From contig NC_090373.1 in the NCBI RefSeq assembly GCF_036365525.1, positions 73,051,271-73,115,270 on the forward strand: a stretch of DNA of 64,000 nt. The letters run 5' to 3'. A program made the position numbers and the translations under genes. Shown here in pieces: positions 35,633 to 48,700 of the stretch. The notes under the pieces are model-generated. The model had not been told where the DNA came from, ran no database searches, and worked only from the letters and a program-made list of their open reading frames with translations. How positions within the stretch are numbered: the first letter of the stretch is position 1; every line of letters begins with the position of its first letter. The stretch comes from Heterodontus francisci. Lineage: Eukaryota.

Positions 35633-38282
35633 TGGCAGGACTGACTTATCAGAGGTGGTGGCACACTGGTATACAGTGGGGACGGAGTTGCCCTGGGAGT
35701 CCTCAACATTGACTCCAGACCCCATGAAGTCTCATGGTATCAGGTCAAACATGGGCAAGGAAACCTTCTGCTGATTACCACCTATTGCACACCCCCCCCC
35801 CCCCCCCCACCTCCTTGGCTGATGAATCAGTGCTTATCCATGTTGAACAGCACTTGGAAGAAGCACTAAGGGTAGCAAGGGCACAAAATGTACTCTGGGT
35901 GGGGGACTTCAAAGTCCATCACCAAGAGTGGCTCGGGAGCACCACTACTGACTGAGCTGGCCGAGTCCTAAAGGACATAGCTGCTAGACTGGGTCTGCGG
36001 AAGGTGGTGAGGGAAACAAGAGGGAAAAACCTACTTGACCTTGTCCTCACCAAGATGCCTGTCGCAGATGCATCTGTCTATGACAGTATTGGCAGGAGTG
36101 ACCATCGCACAGTCCTTGTGGAGATGAACTCCATCGTGTTGTGTGGCACTGCCACCGTGCTAAATGGGATAGATTTCGAACAGATCTCGCAACTCAAAAC
36201 TGGGCAGCCATGCGGTGTTGTGGGCCATCAGCAGCAGCAGAATTGTATTCAATCACAATCTGTAACCTCATGGCCCCACATATCCCATACTCTACCATTA
36301 CCATCAAGCCGGGGGACCAGGCCTGATTCAATGAAAAGTAAAGGAGAACATGCCAGGAGCATCACCAGACACACCTCAAAATGAGGTGTCAACCTGGTGA
36401 AGCTATAACCCAGGGCTACTCGCATGCCAAACTGGAAGCAGAATGCAATAGACAGGGCTAAGCGATCCCACAACCAACGGAGCAGACCTAAGCTCTGCAG
36501 TCCTGCCACATCCAGTCATGAATTGTGCTGGACATTTAAACAACTGACAGGAGGACGTGGCTCCACAAACATCTCCATCCTCAACAATGGGGGAGCCCAG
36601 CACATCAGTGCAAAAGACAAGGCCGAAACATTTGCATCCACCTTCACCCAGAAGTGCCGAGTTGATGATCCATCACGGCCTCTTCCTGAGGTCCCCAGCA
36701 TCACAGATGCCAGTCTTCAGCCAATCCAGTTCACTTCACGTGACATCAAGAAATGAGTGAAGGCGCTGGACACTGCAAAGGCTATGGGCCCTGACAACAT
36801 TCTGGCAATAGTACTGAAGAATTGTGCTGCAGAACTAGCCGGGCCCCTAGCCAAGTTGAAGTTGTTCCAGTACAGCTCAACACTGGCATCTACCCAGCAA
36901 AGTGGAAAATTGTCCAAGTATGTCTTTTCCACACAAAAGGACAAATCCAATCCAACCAACTACTGCCCCATCAATCTACTCTCAATCATCAGAAAAGTGA
37001 TGGAAGGGGTCATCAACAGTGCTATCAAGTGGCACTTGATCAGCAATAATCTGTTCACTAAAGCTCAGTTTGGGTTCCGCCAGGGCCACTCAGCTCCAGA
37101 CCTCATTGCAGCTTTGGTCCAAATAGGGACAAAAGAACTGCACTCAAGAGGTGAGTTGAGAATGACTGCCCTTGACATCAAGGCAGCATTTGACCAAGTA
37201 TGGCATCAAGGAGTCAATGGGAATCAGGGGGAAAACTCTCTTCTGGTTGGAGTCATCCCAAGCGCAAAGGAAGATGGTTGTGGTTGTTGGAGGTCAATCA
37301 TCTCAGCTCCAGGACTCACTGCTGGAGTTCCTCAAGGTAGTGTCCTAGGCCCAACCATCTTCAGCTGCTTCATCAATGACCTTCCCTTCATCATAAGGTC
37401 AGAAATGGGGATGTTCATTGATGATTGCATAATGTTCAGCACCATTCGCAACTCTTGAGATACCAAAGCAGCCCATGTCCATATGCAGCAAGATCTGGCC
37501 AATATCCAGTTTTGGCTGATAAGTGACAAGTAACATACATGCTACACAAATGCCAGGCAATGACCATCTCAAACAGGAGAGAACCTAACCATCTCCCCTT
37601 GACATTCAATAGCATTAGATTGCTGAATCCCCCACTATCAACACCCTGGGCATTACCATTGATCAGACACTGAACTGGAGTAGCCATATAAATACTGTGG
37701 CTACAAGAGCAGGTCAGAGGCTGGGAATTCTGTGGCGAATAACTCAGGTCCTGACTCCCCAAAGTCTGTCCACCATTTACAAGGCACAAGTCAGGAGTGC
37801 GTTGGAATACTTTCCACTTGCCTGGATGGGTGCAGCTCCATCAACACTCAAGAAGCTCAACACCATCCAGGATAAAGCAGCCTGCTTGATTGGCGCCTCA
37901 TCCACCACTTTTAACATTCACACCCTCTACCACCGACGCACAGTGGCAACAGTGTGTACCATATGCAACATGCAGCAAGACTCCTTAGACAGCACCTTCC
38001 AAACCCACGACCTCTACCACCTAAAAGAGCAAGGGCAGCAAATGCATGGGAACACTACCACCTGCAAGTTCCCCTCCAAGTCACACACCATCCTGACTTG
38101 GAACTATATCACCGTTCCTTCACTGTCGCTGGGTCAAAATCCTGGAACTCCCTTCCTAACAGCACTGTGGGTGTACCCAATGACTGCAGCGGTTCAAGAA
38201 GGCAGCTCACCACTACCTTCTCAAGAGCAATTAGGGATGGGTAATAAATGATGGCCTGGCCACTAACACCCACATCCCCAGA
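35633..38282 (+). mobile_element. Decayed family-B LINE (endonuclease, RT, 3' tail)
   Basis: WVGDFKVHH, GRSDHRTV, KAMGPDNI, LDIKAAFDQVW, PQGSVLGP, FIDDC; tail caattagggatgggtaataaatg. Confidence 0.9.
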
Positions 38283-38716
38283 ACGAGCAGCCGCAAGAAG
38301 AGCAGGAGGACGAGGAGGAGTGGCAGGAGCAGCAGGAACAGAAACAGGAACAGGAGTTGGAACAGGAACAGAAGCGGGGTAGGAGCTGGAGCAGGAGCAG
38401 GAGCTGGAGCAGGAGCTGGAGCAGCAACAGGAACAGGAGCAGCAACAGGAACAGGAGCAGCAACAGGAACAGGAGCAGCAACAGGAGCAGCAACAGGAGC
38501 AGCAACAGGAGCAGGAACAGGAGCAAGAACAGGAGCAGGAGCAGGAGCAGCAGCAGGAGCAGCAGCAGGAACAGGAGCAGCAGCAGGAACAGGAGCAGCA
38601 GCAGGAGCAGGAGCAGCAGCAGGAGCAGCAGCAGAAACAGGAGCAGGAGCAGGAGCAGCAGCAGGAACAGGAGCAGCAGCAAGAACAGGAGCAGGAGCAG
38701 GACCAGCAGGAGCAGC
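38283..38716 (+). repeat. Low-complexity (CAG/GAG/GAA) codon-like repeat at the Harbinger transposase N-terminus
   Basis: caggag/caggaa/cag array; explains the poly-AP, poly-L and poly-RS ORFs in the track. Confidence 0.95.
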
Positions 38717-39720
38717 GGCCTTCTCCTCACCCACCTGCCACTTCACAGGAGAGAGTGGATAAGTTCAAAGCTGCAGCCTGCAGGAGGCAATACACCGAAC
38801 AAAGAGTTTACAGGCAGAGGATCAGTTATCCAAACATGTCCAAGTGCCAGCGCCTCAGGAGGTTCAGCATTTTGCATCAGGTGGTCAATGCCATTTGCAG
38901 CCTCTTGGAAAAAGACTTGTAGCCCAATGGACCTGGTGGGCACACATTGCCAGTGGCTGTAAAAGTCACCACCGCCCTTTATTTCATTGCCTTTGGCTCC
39001 TTCCTGCAGGACATATTTGCAGAATCCTGCAATCTGCTTCCAAAAATGCATTTCACTGGTGACCGATGCCATGTTTGCTAAGACTGGGAAATATGTGCCA
39101 TTTGCAACCGATGGGGCCAGTCAGAATGAACGGGCACTCAGCTTTGCAGCTCTGGCTGGCCTCCCATAGGTGCAGGGAGTCACCGACTGCACACATGTGG
39201 CAACCAAGGCGATTCTGATCGCTGCAAAGTCTTCATCAATCACAAGGACTTCCATTCCATCAATGTTCAGCCAGTGTGCAACCACAAAAAAAATCATGCA
39301 TGTTTGTGCAAGATTCCCAAGGAGCAGCCAAGATGCTTTCATCCTGCAGCAGTCAAACCTCCATGAGCTCTTCACACCTCGAAGCAGAGTCAGAGGGTAG
39401 TTCCTTGGAGACAAGGTCTACCCACTGTAACATGGCTGATGACACCTGTTAGAATCCCAATGATGCCACCTGATCACAGGAGCTATCCTCAAGCAAGTAA
39501 TTGGGATGCTGAAGATGAGCTTTAGGTGCCTGGACAGATCTGTGGGCAGCCTTCAGTATGCACCAGCCAGGGTATTGAGGGTACTGGTGTGCTGTGCCTT
39601 GCATAACATAACGCAACAGCAAGACTGGAGCTGCAGAAGGAAGAAAGTGCTGAGTGCACTGCCTCTTTGTAGGAGGAGGAGGAGCAGCATGAGGAGTAGG
39701 AGGAGAAGAGTCTTGGGCAG
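38701..39720 (+). pseudogene. Harbinger DDE transposase pseudogene
   Basis: RVYRQRISY, LPVAVKVTTAL, VQGVTDCTHVA, RFPRSSQDAFIL, LGDKVYP, GMLKMSFRCLD, CCALHNI. Confidence 0.9.
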
Positions 39721-41011
39721 GGATCATGTGGAGGTGGCAGGGTTCCCGGTACCGGGTTGAAAAGGCAATGTGAACCCTGCCTCGGCCGCATCACGCCCTC
39801 GGCTGGAGATCACTTTATGCACATCAGTGAGGTTCTGAAGGGCCAAGGTGAGATTTGCATCAATCCTGTTTAAGGTGGCATTCAGAGTGTGCAAGCCAGT
39901 GATGAGGGCCAGTATGCATTTGTTTGACTGTCAGGTCTGATGCTCCATGCAGGTGGTCGCTCTTTCCAAGCACATTGACATCAATGCAAATGCCAGTGAA
40001 TCACAGCACTCATGCTATAGATGGACTCCTCCAATCTCTCTCCAAACGTGCACAGTCTGGCTGAAAAGGCTGCTAACACCTCACACATTTTTGCTGCCCA
40101 CTCCAGAATTATCTTCTTTGTTGACAACACCAGAGGCTCAGCATCTGCATCCAGCTGAGCTTAGACCAAACCTGCACTCTCCAATAGGGACTCTCCACTG
40201 CTGTCCTTGTCTCCAAAACCTGCTCCTGCTCACTTGTGATATTTGAGACACCATGTGAAAACCCTGTCTTGCCGGTCCCACCAAGGAGTGTATGTATCTG
40301 AGCTGGTGGATGGTCTGCATGAGTCCTGTGATGACGTATTCTTGGAGTGAGTGATCTCCTTTGAGGAATTTTCATCCTCCTCCTGCAGCACTTACTGCAG
40401 GATGCTTGATGGCCTGCAAGATGAAAGACATAATTTAGAACTGCCAAGATGAGAAGGTTTTAAGGCATCATTGTGCACATGTTCATATTTCACGGGTGCT
40501 TACATGAGTGAGTGTTGTAGCCATGTTTCTGTGTGATATTTAATTCTGTCACCAGGTCGACCCCCCCCACCCCCTACCTCCATCTCCAATGGTCAGACAG
40601 GCCGAGACCTGACTTATCTCTAGCACCTCCTCCTCTGCAGCTGTCAGGATAGAGATGGCTGGAGGACCATCTCCAGTTTTCTGCCTCTCCCACGTGTCCT
40701 CTGCTCTCTTCTCCTAAAAGGAGGGAACAAGGAGACCTATGAGTGAGAGTGGTGGAAGGTATTGACAGGATGACGTTTGTTGAGGGTCACTGTGAGGGAT
40801 AGATATGACATTGCGTAAAATAAGGCTGAATGTCAGTGGTGGATTGTCAGATGGGGATGTGAGGAGGTGCATTGACAGAGAGGGATAGGTGTGCCTGCAA
40901 AGTAAGTTAGTATGTGGAGTGATGTGCAGGACTAGGCTGGGGAAGGTAGACTGAAGTGGGTTTGAGGTAATAAGCACTTCAGGAGATAGCTGAATGTGCC
41001 ATTTCACTCAC

Positions 41012-41250
41012 CTTTACTGACCTGATTATGTCATAAACGTCTTCCAGCACAGTATCCAGGGGTATGGCACCACATTCCTGCTGCTAACCTCTTCTGCAAT
41101 CACTAGCCAGGCTTTCTTGTTCTCTGAGGCAGCCTGCTTCCTCCCATCAACAGAGAAGAGAATCTTCCTGTGGGCACTTATAGAATGCAGCATCAGCTCT
41201 AGGGAGGCATCAGTGAAGTGAAATGCTGCCTTGCAACATTGCAAATTCAT
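41012..41250 (-). pseudogene. Harbinger Myb/SANT-like exon
   Basis: FTDASLELMLHSI...KKAWLVIAEEVSSRNVVPYPWILCWKTF, followed by a minus-strand aag|gtgagt donor near 41010. Confidence 0.82.
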
Positions 41251-42211
41251 TGCTGCAGTTTCTTCCTCTGTTGAAACACCTGAACAATCCTTCAAATTTC
41301 ATCCTAGCAGGGTCCCTTTAAATACTTCAGCTAAAATAGACTCATGTGGGTCACCATCACACTCACTCATGCTAATTGTTTGGGAATCCCAAAGCCGGAT
41401 GCTGATGCAGTGGCTGAGTTAAAAAGCCACTGACAAATATGCTGCTGAAACTTCCAGGTTGCCCACACACTACCGGGCTCCCCCGTTGTCAGAATATCAA
41501 ACAGTTAAAATCCGGCTCACTGTCTCATTGTTCCAGACATGAAGACATACAATGACACAATGATTCTTAGATACATGAGACCCAAAGACCAAGATTTTGG
41601 AAGGAGGGGGGGTGGTGGGGGCGGGGGTGGAGTGTAAAAGTGGTGTACTTCCAGTTTAAAAGACAGGAATTTGAGGAATAAATCTAATCAATCTTTCCTT
41701 CTCTGACTTGGAATCAATTTTTTTTTAATGCTTTTGTAACTACTTTAAAGGTGCTATTAAAAACTCAATTTGTTGTTTTTGTTTCAATGTTGTTTTTAGT
41801 TTGTTGTTCGAGTAGTAGTAGTGGCAAATAAAAGTACCAGACAGTTAAAGTAATGGACCACAATGTAAGGAAATATGCACCAAATCTCAGCTGTGCAACA
41901 AGCTGCCTTTCAGCAGTTTTAGCCAGGGAAATTATTTCTTTGCCTGACTCCACCCCCTGCCATCACAACTCGTTCTGTCATGGAATGATGGAGGTAGAAC
42001 AGGAAACAGAGGAAGATGAAATGAGAGAGACAGACACAAAGGATAAGACAACACCAATGAGAAGAACAGGAGATATCCTTCCATCAGAATCTACAATCCA
42101 TGCTGCTCCCTTGATGAAGCCTCAGAAGAGGTCTGATAATGAACACAATGGTTCATTAAGGGGGTGTTGTAGGAACTCTGTTTCCCATTTTAAACTAAAA
42201 GCAGAAGCAAT

Positions 42212-43200
42212 AAAGAAACTTGCATTTTATAAAGCACCTTTCTTGATGTGAGAATGTCCCAAAGTGTTCCATAGCCAATGAAGTACTTTTAAAGTGCAGT
42301 CACTTTTGCAAAGTAAGGGAACATGGCAATTGATTTGCAAACAAGGTGGCGCAAACAACAAAGAAATACATTACCATATAATCTGTTTTTGTGCTAAACA
42401 TTAGCTAGGAAACCAGGAGAACTTCCCTGCTCTTCTTTTACATCCCTCTAAGTCTGTAAATGGTCTGTCATTGAGTATATTCAAGATGGAGATTAATCGA
42501 CCCTTGGGCACTAAGGGAACAAAAGAATATGGGGATAGGTCAGGAAAGTCGAGTTGATGTAGGAATTCAGCCAGGATCTTATGGAAAGTTGTTGAAGGGA
42601 CTGGCTTAGATAAGTTAGAAAAGGAAAACCTGTTCCCTTTAACAAATAGTACAAGGACGAGGGGAGACAGCTTGAACGTTTTGGGCAAAAGATGCAGGGG
42701 GAATATGAGGAAGCACTTTTTTATGCAGTGGGTGGTAATGACCTGGAACTCACTGCCCGCAAAGGTGGTGGAAGCGGAGACGATCAATGACTTCAAGAGG
42801 AAGTTGGATGGCCACCTGGGAGAAATTGACTGGTAGGGCTACATGGATCGAGCTGGCGAGTGGGACTGACTACACAGCTCAGTGGAGCGTCAGCATGGAT
42901 TCGATGGGCCGAATGACCTCCTTCTGTGCCGTAAATAACTTTATGATTCTATGACTCTAAGATAGAGCAGGCTCAGGGAGCCATATGGCCTACTCCTGCT
43001 CCTATTTCTTATGTTCCTATAACAGATGGGTCCTTGTCTTAATATCTCATCCAAAAGATGGCAACTCTGACAGCGCAGCATTCCCTCCGCACTGCATTGA
43101 AGTTTCAGCCTGAATTTTACGTTTACATCTCTGCATTGGGGCTTGAATCCACAATATTTTGCCTCAGAGGCAAGACTTCTTTCACTGAGCCAAAACTGGC
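42212..43200 (-). mobile_element. L2-tailed SINE interrupted by CR1 3' pieces
   Basis: aagaaacttgcattttataaagcacc...; resumes at ~43025 through tcactgagccaa (A box on the minus strand). Confidence 0.65.
42442..43020 (+). mobile_element. Nested CR1 3' fragments (two copies)
   Basis: MRKHFFMQWVVMTWNSLP; two tails, gggccgaatgacc and tggcctactcctgctcc. Confidence 0.8.
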
Positions 43201-43842
43201 TCCAATCATAATCTCAAGCACAAAACCAAACAAATAACAGACATTAGACTTCATATCCTAAAGTGGTTTTACAGTATACATGTATATGTAGAAGAGGTCC
43301 TTTTTTACCACCTTGCCCACTGGAGGGCCCTCCTGATGTTACACTGAGGTTCTACCTGAGGGTCATGATTCTAATTGTGCTTGAGGCAGAAGTGGCAATT
43401 ATCTTACGGCACTGAGTCCCAGGAGGATTCTTCAGCTGGTTGCTTCGCCACTGTAGATACACAGACAGCCTGGTCCTGCATCCTGACATCCATTTCGGAA
43501 GGTGCTGAATAAAGCGACACAGCTGTGCTTGAGAAAGAAGCACACCTGTGCTTGGTCCTGGAGCTGAGTACCCACTGATTAGTGAGAGGATAGATCTTTC
43601 TTATCATTTGGATCCTGCACACACTGAATGATGTTCCCCAGAATAATTATTTCCAGATGGTCCCACATAGCCTGAAGGCCAGTGATTTTTGGATGCATTA
43701 ACCCGCCTGGAGGGCTCTCTTTTAAAAGTGATGGATGCAGCTGTTCCTGGTGTTGCCTCTTGCTCCAGGTTGCACAACAGTGTGTTGAATCCTTCATGGA
43801 TATTTGCACTGAGGATGGCATAAGACTCTGCTGTTACTCCTG

Positions 43843-44323
43843 GGGCAGGATTTTGCCTTTTGCACTGGGACCCCGATGCTGGGGTCAAATGCAGTCACAA
43901 CCCCGCACTGTCGGAAACAGTCACCTGGCAATAATTTTCCTCGCATTGGCCAATTTGTGGCCAGGGGGCAGGCTCGCTGTCCAATTAAGGAGAGTAGGTA
44001 GGCTCTCGAAGCTGGGAGGCCCTCCAGGATGGAAGGAGCAGCAACCTACAGTTCAGGTAAGGGAGAGAGAGAGGGCACCTCCATCTTGAGGCATCCTCTC
44101 TGCAAAGTTTAAAAGTTTCAAAATAAAAAATGGTATCAACAGCTGGCCCACCATAGTGGAGGGGGAACCTTGCGGGTGGGTAGCTCTTAAACTGCCCATC
44201 CTGCCTCTGGGAAATGGCCCTGGGTGGGATGGTGCCAGCAAACCAGCACGCCAGCTGGCTGTGTGAATTTTCACATATGCTTGCCTCCGTACCCACTCCC
44301 ATATGGGGGAGAAAATTCTGCCC
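43843..44323. mobile_element. Complete Harbinger-type MITE, 481 bp
   Basis: TIRs gggcaggatttt / aaaattctgccc; exact 3-bp TSD CTG at 43840-43842 and 44324-44326. Confidence 0.88.
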
Positions 44324-44577
44324 CTGGTATCTGACTCAGAGTTTTGGAGATGATTCTCGGTACTTCTATGTGAATGTGATCCTCATTCAGCATCTTTCTT
44401 CTCAGCATGGGTCCCCAGAGGTCTGATTCTGCAGGCTTTGAAGTAGGAGCAACAGCCAAATATCACTTTCACCTTTGAGTCCTCCCGCCTCAGTCATAAC
44501 ACTGTTTAATCTCTCCTGCCTTCCACCCCATCACAGACCCCTTTTATTCCCTCCTTCCCTCATCTCCAACTTTTTCC

Positions 44578-44614
44578 AGTTCTGATGAAAGGTCATCGAC
44601 CTGAAACTTTAACT
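44578..44614 (+). ncRNA. Minimal hammerhead ribozyme motif in a Penelope-type repeat (~44500-44670)
   Basis: AGUU-CUGAUGA-A-AGGUC-AUC-GACCU-GAAAC-UUU-AACU; a G-to-U change breaks the AACGUU palindrome. Confidence 0.6.
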
Positions 44615-45799
44615 CTGTTTTTATCTTCACAGATGCTGCCTGACATACTGAGTATTACCAGCACCTTTTTAAAAATTAAAGCATTTCACACCTTGCTGTG
44701 TCTGTTCTGTGGAGGATCTGCTATTCAGACTGCTATCGATCAGCATTAGTGGGTAGCTGTTGCTAACAACTTCTCCTGGTGCAAAGCTTCACTCAATGGG
44801 AGTACATGCCAGGAATTGAGCATCAGAGAATCATAAAGAGCCACTGACATTAGTACCCAAATTCTCAATGTGTATTCCTGTAGTTCTGCACCAAAAATGC
44901 TAATTAGTAAAATCAGGGGCCCCAAAATTTCAACTGACCTTTTAGGGCCCTAATTTGCATAAATTCTACAGGGCGCACCTGCTTTAGATCTACCTTCATC
45001 TGCCTGTAAAACCCTACAGGTTAAAGTTTGAAATGGTGCCAAAGGGTCAAGTTTTCAGCAGGTAAGTAACCCTTGCTCATCTTTAAGTCCTTACTCACCT
45101 GGTTTTCTGTAGTTAAAATCAGTCCTCCAGTTTTTATCCAGAAGTGCAGTACAAAAGAAAGGTGATGTGGATTGTTCCAGTTCAGGCTTTTTTCCCAGTA
45201 TCTTTTCCTTAGGTACACAGCTTAATGAGAGGTTCCAAAAGTAGATTTAGTCTTTCAGGAAGTGCAATCTGTATCTTTATTTTCTGTTGTACTTGAATTA
45301 GCATAGCCCAGCTCTACCAGCTAATCCTGATCATAGTAAATAATTAAAGGAGAATACAAAGGATAGCCATTTCATTTCCTGTCATTTTGGATAGTGGAGA
45401 ATATCACACCACTTCTTTTTTTCTTCTTTTATATAAGGCAAACTACTTTCCCTGATTTATTTACAAGTAAGTTAATACAAAAAAGGTATCTGCAAAATTC
45501 CAGACAACACAAATCATTAAACCTACACTATTTAGAAGTTGAGATGACTTCTTGAAAAAAGTTAGAAGTTTTTCCAGGTTCCCTTAGAAAGATACAGTCC
45601 CCATCCAGTACATCATTGGCACCCATGGGCTGAATTTAGTGATCCTGTCGCAGGTCCCAGCAACGGACCCAGAAGTGGGTGCTGTCACCACCAGTGACAT
45701 GTGCGACTGGCCTTCCACGATCATGCGGCAGGTGGCCACTTAATATATTGGAGGTGTGGTGTCCATCCAATCACATGATGGGGGCAGGCTCTGAGATGG

Positions 45800-48700
45800 T
45801 GATTAGAGCTAAATTTCTATCGCAGACTTCTAATCCGATCGGACAAGACTTAATCAATTAAAGCAACAGGATACTTGATTAATAATTCCACAGATTTTAT
45901 TGAAAGTAAAATAATACCTAACAATTGTAAGCAGAATGGAATTTAAACTTGAGAATGCAACTTTTCAGCTCTCGCAGGTGCGCTTCCTGGTCGGGTTTTG
46001 GTCGCAGAGTGATGCGGTCCTCTCTTTTCCTCCCTCTTCAGGCAGAGAACTTGGCTGTTGGTCTGTGCCTCTACCTCCAAGGTCTTCTATTGTTTCTGTG
46101 CAACAAAGCATTGTGGACCCTTGTTTTTATCCCTTTTTGGCCATCAGACTGGTTTGCCTGATGGTTGGTCCAGTTCCTATGATGTCTGTTACTACCCTAC
46201 TCTAATTGGGGCTTAATTAGTAAAATACTTGGCAATAAGTATGATAAAATACTATAAAGAATTCTATTCATTACACTTATTATCTCCTTAGATAATATGA
46301 AATTTGTACAGAAATTGATTCTTTGTTAGCTAAGCTATTGAATGTTAGCAGGGTTCACAAGGCTTTTCTGCTGACTTTGTATTACAGTGAGTTACAGAAT
46401 TCAACTGACACTGAACTTTCTCACATGCTTAAAACTTAGTTTAAACTTAATAAACTTTAAATTAAAAACCCGCTTTCTAACATGATTATTGATTCATTAA
46501 TTACAACTCAATCAAGGTTCATTATTTCGATTTCATGTCAGTTGCTTCTTAATACATTAGTTTGATTAACACAGTATGTTAATACAGGATACAAAATGGC
46601 TTCTTTGGTCACATGTTAGTATTAAAATGGCTTCCTTGACTGTGTTAGTTATTACAGTGCAAAAATGGTCAAGTTAAATCAAAATCTAACTACCCAAGCC
46701 TAACTACAATTCTCCAGTTTGAAGGTGAAATATATGACAATATATTTATCCCTCAACAATTTTTATTGACTATTACTTCCTTTTCGACATGAGAACTGGC
46801 TTCCAGCTCAATTCAGTGCATTTCTGCAGTCTTGAGATAATATTTCTGAAGTAAACAGAGAATGGCTATTATTACAATTGTACCATTTGTACTAACATGA
46901 ACAGAGTAGAAATAGTTCAGAGCCAGGGATGTTGACTTGAACTCACAACTGTTTCCCACCAATATCTATTTCACAGATTTTCAATTCCTTTCTCCATTCA
47001 TTATCTTGTCGCACCATAACCAAGTGCTTTTGAGATGTTGTTCTTTTTATTATGGATCTTAAATTTAAGGATAGAGGAGGTTTGAGGTGTCCCAACTGAA
47101 TCCCCATTTAATCTGGGTACGATTTTTATTCAAGAAATCCTTCACCATTTTTCCTACTAATTGCTCATAAAACACTTGACACGCCTGTGGGCACAGGCTC
47201 GGGGGAAGGGGATGCCTTTGATCTGTTCCCATTCTCTGTCTTCTGGCCCAACACACACTTCATTACCCCTTAGTGCAAATATGCACTGACATTCTATCTT
47301 TAATCCTCCTGCCTCCTCAATAGTTATTGTTTTATTGTCAACATCATCCGTAGCCAAGTAACAGATTTCACAAAAGATTTTATGGCTATGAGACATAGTG
47401 GTAACATGTTAGCCCATTGAGTCATAGTGTCATAGAGTTATAGAGTTATACAGCACAGACACGGACCATTCGACCCATCATGTCTGTGCTGGCTATCAAG
47501 TTACTATCTATTCTAATCCCATTTTCCAGCACTTGGCCCATAGCCTTGTATGCTATGGTATTTCAAGTGCTCATCTAAATACTTCTTAAATGTTGTGAGG
47601 GTTCCTGCCTCTACCACCTCTTCAGGCAGTGTGTTCCAGATTCCAACCACCCTCTGGGTGAAAATATTTTTCCTCAAATCCCCTCTAAACCTCCTGCCCC
47701 TTACCTTAAATCTATGCCCCCTGGTTATTGACCCCTCTGCTAAGGGAAAAAGTGTCTTCCTATCTATCCTATCAATGCCCCTCATAATTTTGTATACCTC
47801 AATCAGGTTCCCCCTCAGCCTTCTCTGCTCTAAGGAAAACAACTCTAGCCTATCCAGTCTCTCTTCATAGCTAAAATGCTCCAGCCCAGGCAAAATCCTG
47901 GTGAATCTCCTCTGCACCCTCTCCAGTGCAATCACATCCTTCCTACAGTGTGACGACCAGAACTGTACACAGTACTCCAGCTGTGGCCTAGCTAGCATTT
48001 TATACAGCACCATCATAACCTCCCTGCTCTTATATTCTATGCCTCAGCTAATAAAGGCAAGTATCCCATATGCCTTCCTAACCATCTTATCTACCTGCGC
48101 TGCTGCCTTCAGTGATCTATTGACAAGTACATGAAAGTTCCTCTGACCCTCTGTACTTCCTAGGGTCCTACCATCCATTGTATACTCCCGTGCCTTGTTA
48201 GTCCTCCAAAAATGCATCACCTCACACTTCTCAGGATTAAATTCCATTTGCCACTGCTCTGCCCATTTTACCAGCCCAACTATATTATCCTGTAATCTAA
48301 GGCTTTCCTCCTCACTATTTACGACACCATCAATTTTCGTGTCATCTGCGAACTTACTGATCATACTTCCTATATTCACATCTAAATCATTAATGTACAC
48401 TACAAACAGCAAGGGTCCCAGCACCAATCCCTGCAGTACACCACTGGTCACAGGCTTCAACTCGCAAAAAAACCCTCGACCATCACCCTCTGTTTCCTGT
48501 CACTAAGCCAATTTTGGATCCAATTTGCCAAATTGCCCTGGATCCCATGGGCTCTTACCTTCTTAACCAATCTCCCATGCGGGACCTTATGAAAAGCTTT
48601 ACTGAAGTTCATGTAGACTACATCAACTGCTTTACCCTCATCTACACATCTAGTGACCTCCTCGAAAAATTCAATCAAGTTTGTTAGACACAATCTCACC

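Larger units (their letters stand above)
38283..41518 (+). mobile_element. Decayed PIF/Harbinger transposon; left end lost or replaced by a LINE
   Basis: DDE (+) and Myb (-) convergent; right TIR-like taaaatccggctc at 41506-41518. Confidence 0.8.

Noticed and set aside
38231-38962. Poly-Ala/Pro, poly-Leu and RS-rich ORFs resembling an SR protein or membrane protein
   Set aside because: These are alternative readings of one simple repeat; only the EQ frame connects to recognisable transposase sequence.
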